The position numbers and the translations under genes were made by a program. A stretch of 64,000 nucleotides of DNA. It comes from Eledone cirrhosa (taxonomy: Eukaryota). A model generated the notes under the pieces. The model worked only from the letters and a program-made list of their open reading frames with translations. It was not told the origin of the DNA and did not search any database. This document shows, piece by piece, positions 39,270-52,760 of the stretch (position 1 is its first letter; every line of letters begins with the position of its first letter). The stretch is from NCBI GenBank assembly GCA_964016885.1, contig OZ024743.1, positions 285,944,001 to 286,008,000 of the forward strand, in the 5' to 3' direction.

Positions 39270-42195
39270 TTAACACAGGCTGTGTTTTTTGGACCCCACT
39301 GAGACAATTTCATATCATCTGGCCTCTGTTAAAGCTGGGCGTGAAAATCGGATTACCTTCCGAACACGCCAGGCCTACCACCTGATGTACGTCCAAAGCT
39401 ACGTGCTGCAGCTTCCTTGGAAAGTTTTAGTCTGCGAGATGATGGGCAGATCTGGAGGTTTGTTAAGGTTGGTGAAACGTGGAAGAGAGATACCAGCTGG
39501 TCTGAGTGCGCTCTACCCACAATAACTGGCAATGAAAAAACTGCAACAACTCTGGGAAACTAAACCAGAACAACCTGCCATCCTCTACACACCATCATAA
39601 ACTGCAAGCAGGGTACAAATTGTTGTCCTTAAATGCTCGCAGTTTATGCAACAAGATACACATCTGTTTAACTCCTACGTCAGAAGTATCAACCCTGACT
39701 TCATCACAGTCACGGAAACATGGGCACATTCCTTACTCTGTGATGGGGTTTTCAGCATTACTGGGTACAACCTGTTCCGCAAGGACCGCATTAATTGCTG
39801 TGGTGGTGGTGTGATGGTCTACGTTCATTCAAATTTTTCGGTAATTACTTGCGTTGATTTGAACGAATCACAAGAAGAAGTTTTTTTCTGTGACATACGT
39901 ATGACCATGTCAACACTTCTGCTTGGTGTTGTTTATCGCCAGAGCCAAAAACCAGAGCCATCTCCAATCTGCTTGCTTTGATTGGAAGAAAGCAGATTGG
40001 AACTTGTACTGCACTGAGCTACAGCACCCAAACTGGCATGAGTTCTATAACTCTGGAGATGTGAACACTATACTCCAGAGCATCCTGGACTCAATATGGA
40101 TAGCGTGTGCAGCATCAGTGCCACGTAAGCAAAAAGAAAAACCACCCCAAAAGTGTAATTTGGGAAACTTCAGCGGTCCAACGTGGGAATGCTGAACGGG
40201 AATATAAACTGCATAAATCAGATGCCAACAGAAAAAAGCGGAATAAATCTTCCAACCATCTCAAGCAAAAGACAAAAAAGGCAGTGCTTGAATTTGAACA
40301 GTGCATAGCAACCAATCCTGACAGTAAGGTGTTCTAGAAATATGTACATTCAAAGTAGAGACCTCACTCTCCAGTTGGTCCGCTTCGCAATCCCCACACA
40401 AGCCAGATCACTGACGATCCCAAAGAATGCACAGAACTCATGGCTGAGTGCTATGCAAGCATTTTTACTGAAAACCAGAATGTACCATCTCCACCATCTC
40501 TAACATCAAATTCCATAACAACTATGGAATTTACACCTGCAATGCTGCGACCTCACCTTAAGAATAAGCGCAACTATGCCTCCCCTAGTCTTGATGGTGT
40601 TACATACCTGCTTCTCATACGTGGTGGGTACTTCCTTTTGCACCAGCTTTCTTCTTTCAATACTGTCTCAACAATTGTGCTACTCCGGAGCAGTGGAAAA
40701 CTGCCAGTGTTCATTCCCCTGTTCAAAAAGGGCGACCGTACGTCACCTGTCAACTATCGTCCAGTCAGTCTTACTAGCTGCATTGCCAAACTGATGGAAT
40801 CCTGTGTCAAGAGAAACACTTTGGAACTTCTGGAGCTCTCACAGCCTCATCTGGCCCTCGCAATTTGGATTTATCCCTAACTCCAGCTGCTGTGATCAGC
40901 TTATCGACTTCCTTGAAGACATTACCCGGATAACTGACAGCGGCTCATGAGTGGATGTTGTTTACCTTGACTTCGCTAAGGCTTTTAATTCTGTGCCACA
41001 CAAAAGACTTATGGCGAAACTCTCTGCAATGGGTGTGAGGGATGATCTTTTTAACTGGTTGAAATTCTTCATTCTCAGCCGAAAAGAGGTAGTCACGGTT
41101 CTAGGACAGCATTCTTCACCATATGAGATGTCATCTGGTGTACCACAGGGATCTGTTCTTGGTCCCCTTTTGTTTGTTGCATACATTAATGACATAGATG
41201 CCAACTTAAAGAATGCCACAGTACTGAAATATGCAGATGACATCAAGCTGTACCTTGAAATCAAAAGGACTGATCCTGAAATCTATAACTCTTTCCTACA
41301 ATCAGACCTGGACACAATGTAGCAATGGATCACAGACTGGTAACGGAAGCTGGCTGTGGACAAGTGTACCACCATGTATTTTGGGAGGAAAAATCCAGCG
41401 TCCACATACTCCCTCCACAACACTGATATCAAGAAGTCCTCTTGTGAACGTGACCTGGGCATTACTGTCAGCAGCGATTTGCGTTGGACAAAGCACATCT
41501 CTAAAATTGTCAAGAAGGCCGAGGGTGTCTTGGCATCACTCAGCAAGACCTTTGTTAGCCGCTCTCCAGCCATCTATTTAAAGCTGTATACAGCTATGGT
41601 ACGACCACACTTGGAATTCGCATCATCAGTCTGGAACCTCTATCTTGCTCAGAACATTGACCTCCTGGAAACTGTTCAGAGACGTGCAACCAAGCGCATA
41701 CCCTCCATCAGACACCTACCATACTCTGAACGCCTTGCTTCCCTGGGCATTGATACATTGAAGCTCCAATGTCTGGCAATGGACTTGGTAAACACCCACA
41801 AAATTATTAACCATCTCACCAACAACAACCCTGAGCACCTTTTTGATCTCCATGTGTCTAACACACGTGGACATGCCTACAAAGTCAGAAAACAGCACAG
41901 CTCCCATGACTTTCGGAAACATTTTTTCACGCTTAGAGTTGCTGAAGCATGGAACAAACTGTCTGTGTCAGTTGTTAGCTGCCGAGACACTGCATCCTTT
42001 AAAACCCTCATGCTTCCCGAAATTCACCAAAACTACACCTGATGTCCCCCTTCCATACACATGCACACATGTGTATATCATGACTCATGCACTGTTCATT
42101 TTCCTGACGTTTGTACATTACCCTATGTACTATACATACACTTTTGATGAGTTGTAGTGCACCTGAGCACTGTACACAATATTTTCATTATTATT
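39270..42195 (+). mobile_element. CR1-clade LINE with APE endonuclease and RT, disrupted
   Basis: LSLNARSL...DFITVTETW...RKDR...GGGV (APE), RT motifs including YADDIK, same 3' UTR and (att)n tail as 30807-32217; several frameshifts and stops. Confidence 0.93.
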
Positions 42196-43842
42196 TTAAT
42201 TAATCTACTTGACTTACTAGACTGATGCAAAACAGTTAATACACACATCAATAAATGGATACAATATTAAGCAAAAATTAGATTATTTAATGTTATATAA
42301 TACAGAAAAATTGATAATGATAATTATTTCAATGAAGAGCTTTGTAGGTTTCTTGTCATTGCAAGTTCTACAAATCAATCTAAAACTAGGTTTACAAGAC
42401 ATTTTTTATTGTTCCATTCATTTTACTTTTGTGAGAAAAAGAATTTATTTCTTATTTACTATATATTTCCAGTTGTAGAATCATGTTTAATTTATTTTGT
42501 GAACATTTGAATTCAAGCAGCTTTACCAAAGTGTCTTTTAAATTGGCTTTCATCATGCAGGCATTTCAATTGCCCAACACAAATGGAATGCCCTCCAGTG
42601 TAACAAAGCCCCAAACAACCTTGTGTGCCTACTTGACCAGCACTAACCGATATGTTTTAGCTTTTCCTTCTAAGATTGCAAACTGACAAAATACCAGCAG
42701 TTCCCTGTTACAATTTAAATTAAAATCTTCCAACATAACTTTATATAAGAACCATATATTAAGTTACTAATCTTAGTTAACAAAATAATAATTTTAGTAA
42801 ATCCTTCTTGAATTAATGAAAATAGGGTGTATTTCAATAGAACTATGGTAATGAAAAGGTTAAATTCACGAAATTATACAAGCTCCCTGTAATTTAATAT
42901 TAATTTTTTAACTGAAATATGAACCATCCAAACGCTCAAATTCCACAGCACATTAGAGAAGACAAGAGATGTAGTTAAATGACTATGATTTAAATACTAA
43001 TTGATTTTTCTTTTTCCATTCTTGCATAGTTTGGATAGGTTTTCTTTTCTCTGCTTCTGCTATATACTTCAGTTCTGATTATGAACTTAAATCATAAGAT
43101 TCTAAATTATTTTTTGAACCTCAAGCAAGCTTACACCATTATCTCATAGCACTTTTCATTCACATTTGTATTACATATCCTTATCACTTCTGCATCCAAG
43201 ACATTTATTTCCAGTCAGTTATTCAAACAGATTTTAATTCATGGTTTTCCTATTTGTAGTGTCCTATATTTCCAAGCATGCTGAAACAAGTGATTTTTCT
43301 TATGTTGTTTTTTTCTTTTTCTTTGTAGACTTTGGCACTAAATAATACCCTGTCTTGGCCATAATAGCCATTTATTCAGCTCCCCACTCGATGTAAACTT
43401 TTGATTGTGATCCTATTTTACCATCTGCCTTCAAAACACTCAGAATTCATTCATTCACACTAAATGTTTTTCTAATGATCTGCAAAATTACATGTAAAAT
43501 GTGTTAGAACTGTTTATTCTCGTCCACATACTTTTCTATATTCCATGTATAAATCCAAATCTGTATACTATTTAATCCAAAACCTTTCTACACAAGCTTT
43601 TTTTCTTTCTACTTTTCTCAAAACTTGATTCATTTGTTTATAACTTAATATTGTCTCAATTTAATGGTTAGTAACCATTATTTTTTATATGTGAACCACA
43701 GAAATGATTAACAAATTCAAAAAGTTATACAATATATTAATATTAATTATTAAGTGATACATGGACCATGTATATAATTAGCAAATTGTTTCTTTAATTC
43801 CACAGATCATTTATTATAAATGAAAATACCCTAACAAATAAC

Positions 43843-44120
43843 ATTGGCGGCTTGCCTAGTAGAGGTATCTCGCAAGGGTGCTTGGTTGTTCCAGCGCATT
43901 AGCCTCGCCACCACCCAAGGCAATGCTGCGAGCGTGCTGGCTTGCTTCAAAAATCATTAGAGAGGTTGCCCAGTACTCGCGACGTTGCTGTCTTTTGATC
44001 TGGTGTTGGCTCCGTTGTTCACCCCTTCCTTTATATTTTCTTTAATATTGTAACATTAAAAGAATATATCTTTCTGAAAGAATCGCGAGCAATTTATAAT
44101 GTAATCTAAGCATTTGTAAT
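43843..44120 (+). mobile_element. 3' fragment of a CRE-like non-LTR retrotransposon
   Basis: WLFQRISLATTQGNAASVL resembles the conserved LFQRLSxAxQRGNAxxIL C-terminus of CRE elements. Confidence 0.6.
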
Positions 44121-44130
44121 GTTATTTAGG

Positions 44131-44236
44131 TATCCCGCCGAGGTTGACTTTGCCTTTCATCCTTACGGGGTCGATAAAATAAAGTACCAGTAATGCACTG
44201 GTTGATTGCTGGCCTTGTGCCTAAAGTAGAAACAGT
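44131..44236 (+). mobile_element. 5'-truncated SINE of the same family as 26403-26955
   Basis: tcccgccgaggttgactttgcctttcatccttacggggtcgataaaataaagtacc; flanked by a ttatttaggtat direct repeat. Confidence 0.8.
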
Positions 44237-44959
44237 TATTTAGGTATATATTTAAAACATATTTGTTATGTTATTCTACTGTAAATTTATTTATATGCTC
44301 TGTATAATAAAAACACATTAATTCACTGTTATAGAGTAATATCACTTCTACTGTTACGATGTCATAGAAAAATATCCCTAACGAATTAGATGCAAAATTT
44401 CTGCACACATCAAACCATAATATCTCTACATTAGCAAGACTAACATAATCAGCTCGTTTTATGTCAGAAATATGCTCGATTGGAATGTTTGATGCATACT
44501 GAAATGGTCACTTTATTTTTATTTATTATTATTTTTTTTTGTGGTTTTAATTTCTACTAATCATACTTTCAACTATCTTACACATCACTTATATAAACTT
44601 TATGCATTTCTCTTATAGTAAACTTACACGTACTTCAGCCTAGTAACATTGTAAACATCAAACAGGCTAAACAAAACGTTTGAAATTCAACTTTAAAATA
44701 ATTTCTCCTTTGCTTTATTAAAAATCCATTTTCAGAAAAATATTGATATATATGTATGCAAACATATAATTGCAACTTTTAAAAAATGCTGATATAATAA
44801 ATTTATAGGAATTTAGTTCCCATATCTTTATCTAAATTGGTAAATGTCTTTTACATTATTACAATAATTAAATTGCTTTTTTTGTGGTGATGGCCTTCTG
44901 ATGTTGATTTTATATAGCAAACCCACAATTGTTTTAAAACAAAAATGAAAAGACAAATT

Positions 44960-45295
44960 TACCATACATGTCATGGGGATGAAACTTTCACTCGACCCTA
45001 CCCCGAACTTGAAGAAACCAAAGGCACGTGTGAATTGCGAGAAAAATCCATAAACAGTCTTAGTAAACAAATATAGTGCAATATATATATAATTGGTGTG
45101 GGATGCTTAAAGCGTCCGTATGCGGTAGGCCGTTTGGAAACTCTGCTTCGAAAGATCGAGACGTATCTGAGGATCTTGCGATTTCAGAGTCAGGTTCGAT
45201 CATCGCATCGATCGTGCCTCGAGCTGGTCGCCAGAGAAACAATTGTAATATGTCTAATAAATTTTAATTCGTCGCACCACTGATTCTCCGTTTCT
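44960..45295. promoter_or_regulatory. CpG-rich promoter-like island; possible first exon of a minus-strand transcript
   Basis: Dense CpG in an otherwise CpG-poor background; minus-strand donor ATG|GTAAAT at 44963/44962. Confidence 0.35.
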
Positions 45296-45298
45296 TAT

Positions 45299-45301
<3 letters not shown>

Positions 45302-45355
<54 letters not shown>
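45302..45355. repeat. (TA)n microsatellite
   Basis: Uninterrupted AT dinucleotide run. Confidence 0.95.
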
Positions 45356-45357
<2 letters not shown>

Positions 45358-45892
45358 CACACACAAACAAACAAACAAACTGCAATGAATTTTTTTTTTT
45401 CCTTTTTGCTAATAGAAGTCCATTATTAAAAAGTAAAAATTACTTCTTACTGTTCCACGTCCTGCCACAGTTACATTTCCCAAGATCGTTTCTGACCCAC
45501 GCATCCATTAAATCACAGATTAAGAATTTTTTTATTTGCACAGATGCTATTCCAGTAATAGAAGCAACATTTCCTCCTTTATCACACAACAAATAAGTTT
45601 CGTTCTTCGTCATTTGTAGTTATTTTTGTTATCTTAGTATGCAAATACATGCGTGTGTGTTAGTATGTTTGAATGTGTGCGTGTAAACTTTTGTGCTTTG
45701 TGTACATGGGTCTGTATGTGTCAGCTTATACGTGTGTGTACTTGTTGGTGTATATGTATGTGCATGTTGGAAATTTCTTAATTTTTATAACTTAATAATA
45801 TTACCAACATGGGTCAACATTTGAAAATCTTACATCACAAACTCAGCAGTTAACGAAAAAGTTTGGAGTTTTATCTTTTGGTTTAATCTTTG

Positions 45893-46285
45893 TCATTGCA
45901 ACTCGTCCTTCTCAGAGATGCACTCTTGTTGTTCCTGTACTTTCCGCAGTTTGGAAAGAAGGACATCACCGAAAGTATTTTGGTATTCTGGACTAACATT
46001 GTCCAACAGGCTGTAGATGGTCTCAAAATGTTTGCCATTATTCTCATTATCAAGGCTATCGAAATCATGACCGACGATTTGAAAGCCTTCTGTAGAAAGT
46101 TCCACGCAATACTTTTGGTTTTCTTTCGTGCGTAGATTCAGATAGATTAAATTATCAGACGAGGGGAGGACATTTGACAGGTGTACACATTCTACAGCAT
46201 AAGCGATTTCATTTACAACAGACTCTGCCTCAATTTTTAGTGTATATTCATCGTCCTCGCACAAAGTGGAATCGGTGTCTGCCAT
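45893..46285 (-). CDS. GSKIP: GSK3-beta interaction protein (DUF727), 130 aa, intronless CDS
   Basis: EAESVVNEIAYAV...IYLNLRTKENQKYCVELSTEGFQIVG...FETIYSLLDNVSPEYQNTFGDVLLSKL matches GSKIP; ATG at 46285 in acaATGG context. Confidence 0.93.
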   Translation of the reverse strand: MADTDSTLCEDDEYTLKIEAESVVNEIAYAVECVHLSNVLPSSDNLIYLNLRTKENQKYCVELSTEGFQIVGHDFDSLDNENNGKHFETIYSLLDNVSPEYQNTFGDVLLSKLRKVQEQQECISEKDELQ

Positions 46286-46635
46286 TGTAACAGACAAGAT
46301 TGTTTTGGCGTTTTTAGAAATTGATAATTGAAGATACTTTTTAGTAAGATTTGGGCAAGTTTAGTAAAATCACAGGCTAGTAAAAGTTTGAAAAAGTCCT
46401 TGTCGAGTCAATAAAATTTCCAAGATTACAGAATTTGAAACTTTCCAAAGAATTATGACATAAAAAAATGAGACGTAAGAAAGTTAATAAAAGTATGAGA
46501 CAGCCTCAACACAAACAGATTTTTTTTCTGTCTGACTCAATGAATGTGTGACGTCATGTTTACATTTCTTACCCTCTTCCTGGCGGCATTAGCTATAACC
46601 ACCACCATTCTGGAGGACAGTGGAAAATTCTCACG
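46286..46635. promoter_or_regulatory. Probable bidirectional promoter between GSKIP and the THAP exon
   Basis: Divergent start codons 350 bp apart; TGACTCA at 46533-46539 and palindromic CRE TGACGTCA at 46549-46556; CpGs retained. Confidence 0.55.
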
Positions 46636-46855
46636 ATGGTTAATTTTTGTGCTGTTAATGGCTGTTCCAGTCGTGCAGATCGCGATAGAGCTAACTCATT
46701 TTACCGTTTGCCAGCCATCATTACTAATCAAGGAGAAGAAACTCGAGAAAGATCGCGAAAACGTCGCGAACAATGGATAGCTAATATTAATCGGCCAGAT
46801 TTGAAAGAGACCAGTTATGCATATGTCCGAGTGTGCTCAGATCATTTCATATCCG
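46636..46855 (+). CDS. THAP-domain first coding exon; remainder of gene not identified in the window
   Basis: MVNFCAVNGC...SFYRLP...RREQWIANINR...VRVCSDHFISG is a complete C2CH THAP signature; strong phase-1 donor CCG|GTAAGA. Confidence 0.88.
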
Positions 46856-48472
46856 GTAAGATAGAGTCATAATTATACATTAATGAATATCTTGTTGTTA
46901 CTATTTAGATCGTGAGCTTCCAAAACGAATTCCTTTTTTTATATCAGTAATCGTGGAGGGGAAATCAACGAGAGTCAGACATGTTGGATTTCCATTTCCA
47001 TATTATTGTGGTAGTTCTGAATTCTAACATTAATTAAAGAATTTAAATTCACTGTGACGCTCTGATAGGAATAAGAATTATAGCTGTTTATAAAAATTAG
47101 TTTATAAATGGTTACTAAATAAAAGTTGTCAACTCACAAAAAGAACCGGCTCTATCAGTTATGCCTCCATTCCTCCACCGTTCTATGACAATGTCTCACT
47201 GACAACTTGGTGAGCATGTGCGTGTCGACCTATTTCATGGAATGTAGTCTCACCCTCAAAAGAGAATGTATTCCATACTGCTTCAAAATATTCGTTTTTT
47301 TTTTTTTATTACTAGTAACAAGAACAGTTGTTATTATTGTAATAGTTATATTAAAATACGTAAAACTGGGCCAATATTAACTGCAGTTTTAGCAAATTGT
47401 GCAGAACTAAAAAAAATATGTAAATGGTGTTGCCTTAATAATGATTGGTGTGAATTTTGTATATATTCGTTAAATATTCAATTTAATCATTATCTTCTGC
47501 TCATATTGTTTTAAATAATTCCACGATGTTTGTCAATTCACAGCATGGTAGGGTTACAACAAAACATTTGACACGTATTTATTTATAGCTAGAAATGTGA
47601 CCCGTCATATGATGGTAATTTTCAAAGTATACCTTTTGTCACTGGGTAACATCAGCTTGTATTACATAGGTAAAATAATTATAATTTTATGGTACTTATA
47701 CTGAAATAAATTCTAATTTTGAAAATAAAAATAACTAGTAATTTCTAATAAGATTAAAAATCAGTGGATTATATGTATATATTAATTCGTTGTTTAATTC
47801 AATGACAATATTTTGTTGTTCCAAAAAGAACCAGACAAAGAGAGATTACACACTGTAAATTATATTAATATATAGTGTTTTTTTTTTCTGACTGTTTTTC
47901 CATTCCTCATTATTGATGTAAATATTCTGTAGAACTAGGAGTGCGAAGATATTAGAAATGGTTGATAACTTTATTCTATATTCGAATATTTTGTCTAGTT
48001 ATTTGTCTCCCTCTATGATGCTATGGTAAACATAGTGGGAGTTGCAAAACACGCTGTTTCTTGTCTTCTCAATATTCTTGTAATGTGATATAATGTAATT
48101 CATTTGGAAATATTGGGTGTAATTATATAAATAAATATTTAATACATATCAATTATATAAATAGATAGATAAGGACTTCTTTATTTAAAACATATAGCAG
48201 TACACAAAAGACAAGGTGTTATTATTTCATAGAATACAATAAATGTAAACACGAAGATATGAATAAATAATAACACGAGCTTTGTTGCATAGTGATACAA
48301 ACATTTATTTGTTTACAAATATAAGCGTTCATAATTCAAGGTATATATAGTCATTTAACTCCAGCCTTTATAAAGATCTATGGTCAAAAGCATTCTGATT
48401 GTGATTATCCCAAATATTTTTAACAGGTTATATAGCTCATTGTCAAATGTATTCTTGTTTTATTTAAGACTG

Positions 48473-48635
48473 AAATGTGTGATTTGAGGGAATTTGGCTG
48501 CTATGTTTAGCAGACCATACGACCATCTAAAGGTTCCTTCTTTCGCTCGATAATATATCGAGCGAAAGAAGGAACCTTTAGATGGTCGTATGGTCTGCTA
48601 AACATAGCAGCCAAATTCCCTCAAATCACACATTT
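48473..48635. repeat. Perfect inverted repeat, 80-bp arms with 3-nt spacer
   Basis: 48473-48552 is the exact reverse complement of 48556-48635. Confidence 0.95.
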
Positions 48636-49474
48636 AGTTTACTCCTGATCGAACAGAGGAGGCATTTTATCCGTGGCCCTCAAAGGACGTGTATGTGTAT
48701 ATATACATTTTTTACGTTTTATTTTTTTAAAATTTACTTTCAATTTATTTTCGTTTCATATGCATACAATCAACAAAGCAAGTGATTAATATAAATGAAT
48801 TAGATCTTTTAATGGTCTGCGGTCATATTTAGTGCCGTTTACAAGAGTTTCGTCGATCATATCGATCGCTATTCGCTACGTTACAGGACAAAAGCAAGAA
48901 CGTAGAAACACTCGTTTGCGAACACACGCTGACGGTGTATTTCCCGGGCAACGGCGAATATATATCATAAACACCCTGTATACAACACGTACATATATAT
49001 GTACAGCGCTATGTTTGAACACCAGTACTAATTTTTTTAAATTGAATTCTGGCCGGCTACCGCTCCGTATGCAAATATGCTTTATCAGCTCATATACATA
49101 GGTGAAGAAATCTATGTGTACACACACATTCACACACACACTTCTACCAACAACACACTTGACCCCCAAATACGCACACACGCCCCACCTACACACAACC
49201 ACCAACTACAAGTTTACACCCCTCACCTTGACTCCCACACCCGCACGCTAGACACCCCCAGAAACATGTCAATTGTTCCCCAATGCCAGTGTTGAACAAA
49301 CGGATGACAATTTGTCATCGGCTCGGCACAGCTTTAATCAGGCCGTTTGTTTACAAACGAATCAAATATTATTACTAATATTCGATATAACCCATACGAA
49401 GATATGTATATATGTGTGTATATGTATATATATATATGTGTATATATATTTTGTTATCCCTTATATATATATAT

Positions 49475-50187
49475 ATGCTCCGTTGGATGTGTAATAGTAA
49501 TATACGTGAACGGCAAAGCATAAACGAACTAAGGGAAAAATTAGGAATAAGAGGGATCAGATGTTGTTTACTCGAGAGAAGACTACATTGGTATGGTTAC
49601 GTGATGCGCATGAAAGACGACAGCTGTATAAAAAAGTGCAGGGCGATAAAAATTGACGTTAGCCACGGAGTAGGCAGACCCAGAAAAACCTGGGACAACT
49701 TGATAAATTCCGACCTCACACACTTACACCTCTCCAAGACAATGTCACTGGACCGAGATCTTTGGCGCTACACAGTAACACAGAAGACCCGCCTTGCCTA
49801 AGTACAAAGCGAAACCTACAGTCAGTAGGCACCTCTAACAAAAATACACCCCATCCCACTACGCCCCCCCCCCCCCCACCTCATCCACACCACCCCTTTC
49901 AATGTAAAGTTATGTTGGTACCACAACATCCAGTCCGAAATAAATGAGGTCGTGTAGGTGTCACGACAAAAAAACACACAGTCCACGCTGTAATGTGGCC
50001 ATGTAGGTAACACGGTAAAAACCTCCCAGTCCACACTGTAAATGTGGTTGGTGTTAGGAAGGGCATCAAGCCGTAGAAAACCCGCCAGACAGTCCTATAC
50101 GAGCAAGACAACCAATCTTGCCTCAAGTGAGAAAATTCCCGTCCAAACCCATGGAAGATGGACGTTAAACGATGATGATGATGATGA
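49475..50187 (+). mobile_element. 5'-truncated RTE LINE
   Basis: MLRWMCN...RRLHWYGYVMRM...GRPRKTW, 3' UTR and (gat)n tail. Confidence 0.9.
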
Positions 50188-50485
50188 TATGTGTGTGTAT
50201 ATTGTATGTGTGTACGTATGCACACTTACAATTATGTATCAGCCGTGCTAGGGCGAGAAATAAAATTCTAATTTTATTTTTATATAATATATATATATAT
50301 ATATATAATAGTCACTAATATACGGAACATCTCAATGAATAATAATGTTTCTTATTAAGAGAAAATGAAGTTAGGGACAAGATACAAGTAAAACAGTATT
50401 GTATTAGTTTGTCCCAACTTATATTCTCTTTGATGAGACTTTGGCATAAGTTTAACTATGATTTGATATTATATATATATATATA

Positions 50486-51390
50486 TCATCATCATCATCA
50501 CCATTTTACGTCCGTTGTTCCACGCTAGCATGGGTTAGACAGGTTCTTCTATTGTGGGTGCTTTTTTGCCGTGGCAGCTCCACGACCACTTTGCAGTGGG
50601 AGGGGGTGGTGCATATTGTCTATATGCTTCAGCTTCGGCTTGTACCCATGGCAAGTCGGGTCGTCTGTATTACTGCGTGACGCCAGAGGTCACGGTCGTG
50701 TGTCATCGCCTTTGAGAGGTGCAATTGGGTAAGGTCGGCTTTTATCACCTCATCCCAGGTCTTCTTGGGTCTCCCCACTCCGCGGCTTCCATCGACTTCT
50801 AGTACTCTGCGCCTTTTTATGCAGCTGTCATCCTTCATACGCATCACATGTCCATACCAACGCAACCTCCTCTCCTGCACACAGCATTTGATTCCTCTTA
50901 TGCTCAGTCTCTCCCTCAATTCGTTTATGCTTTGCCGTTCGAGTATATTACTATTACATATCCATCGGAGCATGCAGGCTTCGTTTCTTTCTAATCTACG
51001 CAAGTCTTCTACAGACAGTGCCCAGATCTCACTACCATGTATCATTGCTGTTCGTATACACGCATCATACAGTCTGCCTTTCATTTTGAGGGAAAAGCCT
51101 TTTGCAGCTAGCAGTGGCAGTAGCTCTCTGAACTTCTTCCATCCCGTTCTTACCCTAGTTATTGTACTTTCCGAACACCCACTCCGCTGCTAATTCGGTC
51201 ACCTAGGTAACAGAAGCTGTCTACTGTTTCTACAGAGCCCTCCCAGTTTGGTGGTGCTTGTTTCCTGTGGCCGTTTGCTGCTTGCTGTCCCAGCGCAGCT
51301 GCTACATGTGAAGCCTACATTCTTAGTTAAGCTTCCTGAGATCCCACTACATCTCTTGTGTACCCATTGTTTGCATTTGGAGCATAATTT
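50486..51390 (-). mobile_element. 5'-truncated RTE LINE
   Basis: KGRLYDACIRTAMIHGSE...RRLRWYGHVMRM...GRPKKTW; (cat)n tail on +. Confidence 0.9.
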
Positions 51391-51749
51391 TAGTTGAGCT
51401 ATATGCAAAAAACGACAAACTGTGACTAGTTGGATTGTTATTTATTGGATGACAAACATTGACAAACATAAGAAAGATCAATCTACCCCTGCTGAAGTTC
51501 AAGTCATGTTGCCCATCTCACATGAAATTTGCTTTCTCCTGACCAGTTCAATAACAAGTCCACAGTAAAGGGATGACATCAACAGTTCATCTTTTACAAG
51601 CTCATGGGCAATGCTCTACATAGCTCCCCCTCAGAACTGTTGATTGTTATCGGAACTGATAAGGTGTTTTTACCACCCAGCCCATGTGTGTAGTTAATTG
51701 GTTCTTTGGCAACTGTTCATCATCAGGAGTTGGTGTGACTTGCCTAGGA

Positions 51750-52330
51750 CGAAATCTGTTTGGTGGTTCAGCTACTTGATGGGGTTGCCTATGTCAAGAT
51801 GGGCTGATTTCAATCTGTTGATGGAAACCGCGTCCTGTAGTCCTCCAACCAGGAGTTGAAATAACGTATCTCCTGGATGAATCACCTCTTATGGCCCATC
51901 ATAGGGTTACTGTAGGGGTTTTTGCCATGCATCGCGATGAATGTAAACAATCTTCGCTTTGTGAAGGTCATTTGGTACAGAGGACCTAGGTGTACTGTGT
52001 ATTGACATGGGAATAGAGCATAACTGGCCCACGTCTCTCAGCTGTTCAAGATACTTTTTGGTATCTGGGTCTGACTTCATGTTTGGAATGATTTACTGGT
52101 ACAGAAAGCGGAGTACTGTACACCATTTCTGTGTATGAAGTACTAAGGTCTTCTTTTATGGCAGTGCAGATTCCCAGCATCACCCAGGAAGTTGGTTGAT
52201 CCAGTTGGGCTCATTAAGTTGAGTAATGAGGGATTCCTTTGAAGTAGCAGAAAAATCTGTCCACTAAGCCATTGGCCTGAGGGTGATATGCTGTTGTGTG
52301 TTTCACGTTGATGCCAAAAAGCTCACACGT
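51750..52330 (-). mobile_element. Gypsy integrase fragment
   Basis: HTTAYHPQANGLVDRF, WINQLPGVMLGI-like segment, and GPY/F module KPLQ*PYDGP...VSINRLKSAH. Confidence 0.8.
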
Positions 52331-52344
52331 CGTTCTGCAGCTGC

Positions 52345-52760
52345 AAGGTGAATTAAGGTCTGCGATCAGATCAGATGCCATCTGGGACACTGAAAATTAA
52401 GCAGCCATGTTTCGTTGGATGTGCAATGTAAATGTGAGCTTGGACAAACTGAGAGAGAAGCTGGGTTTAAGGGGAATCCAAGTTGGTGTGCAGGAGAAAA
52501 GATTGCGTTAGTATGGACATGTGATGCGCATGGACAATGACCAATGGGTGGAGAAATGCCAGGAGATCCCAGTGGAAGGAAACTGCAATACAGGATGACC
52601 AAGAAAGACCTGGGCAGAGGTTGTTAGAGGAGACCTCAAATCACTAAGACTGGCAGAGGAGATGATGAAAGAACATAGTAAGTGAAGAGATGTCATGCTG
52701 AGAAGAACCTGCCCAACCCATGCAAGCATGGAAAAGCAGACATAAAAACGATGATGATGT
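52345..52760 (+). mobile_element. RTE LINE 3' fragment
   Basis: MFRWMC...YGHVMRMDNDQWVEKCQEIPVEG; same subfamily as 58533-61315. Confidence 0.8.

Noticed and set aside
45100-45235. Stem-loops with paired GATC motifs suggesting 7SK or another structured RNA
   Set aside because: No extended match to 7SK that I can recognise and no clear Pol III terminator; better explained as CpG-rich promoter sequence. An Rfam scan would settle it.
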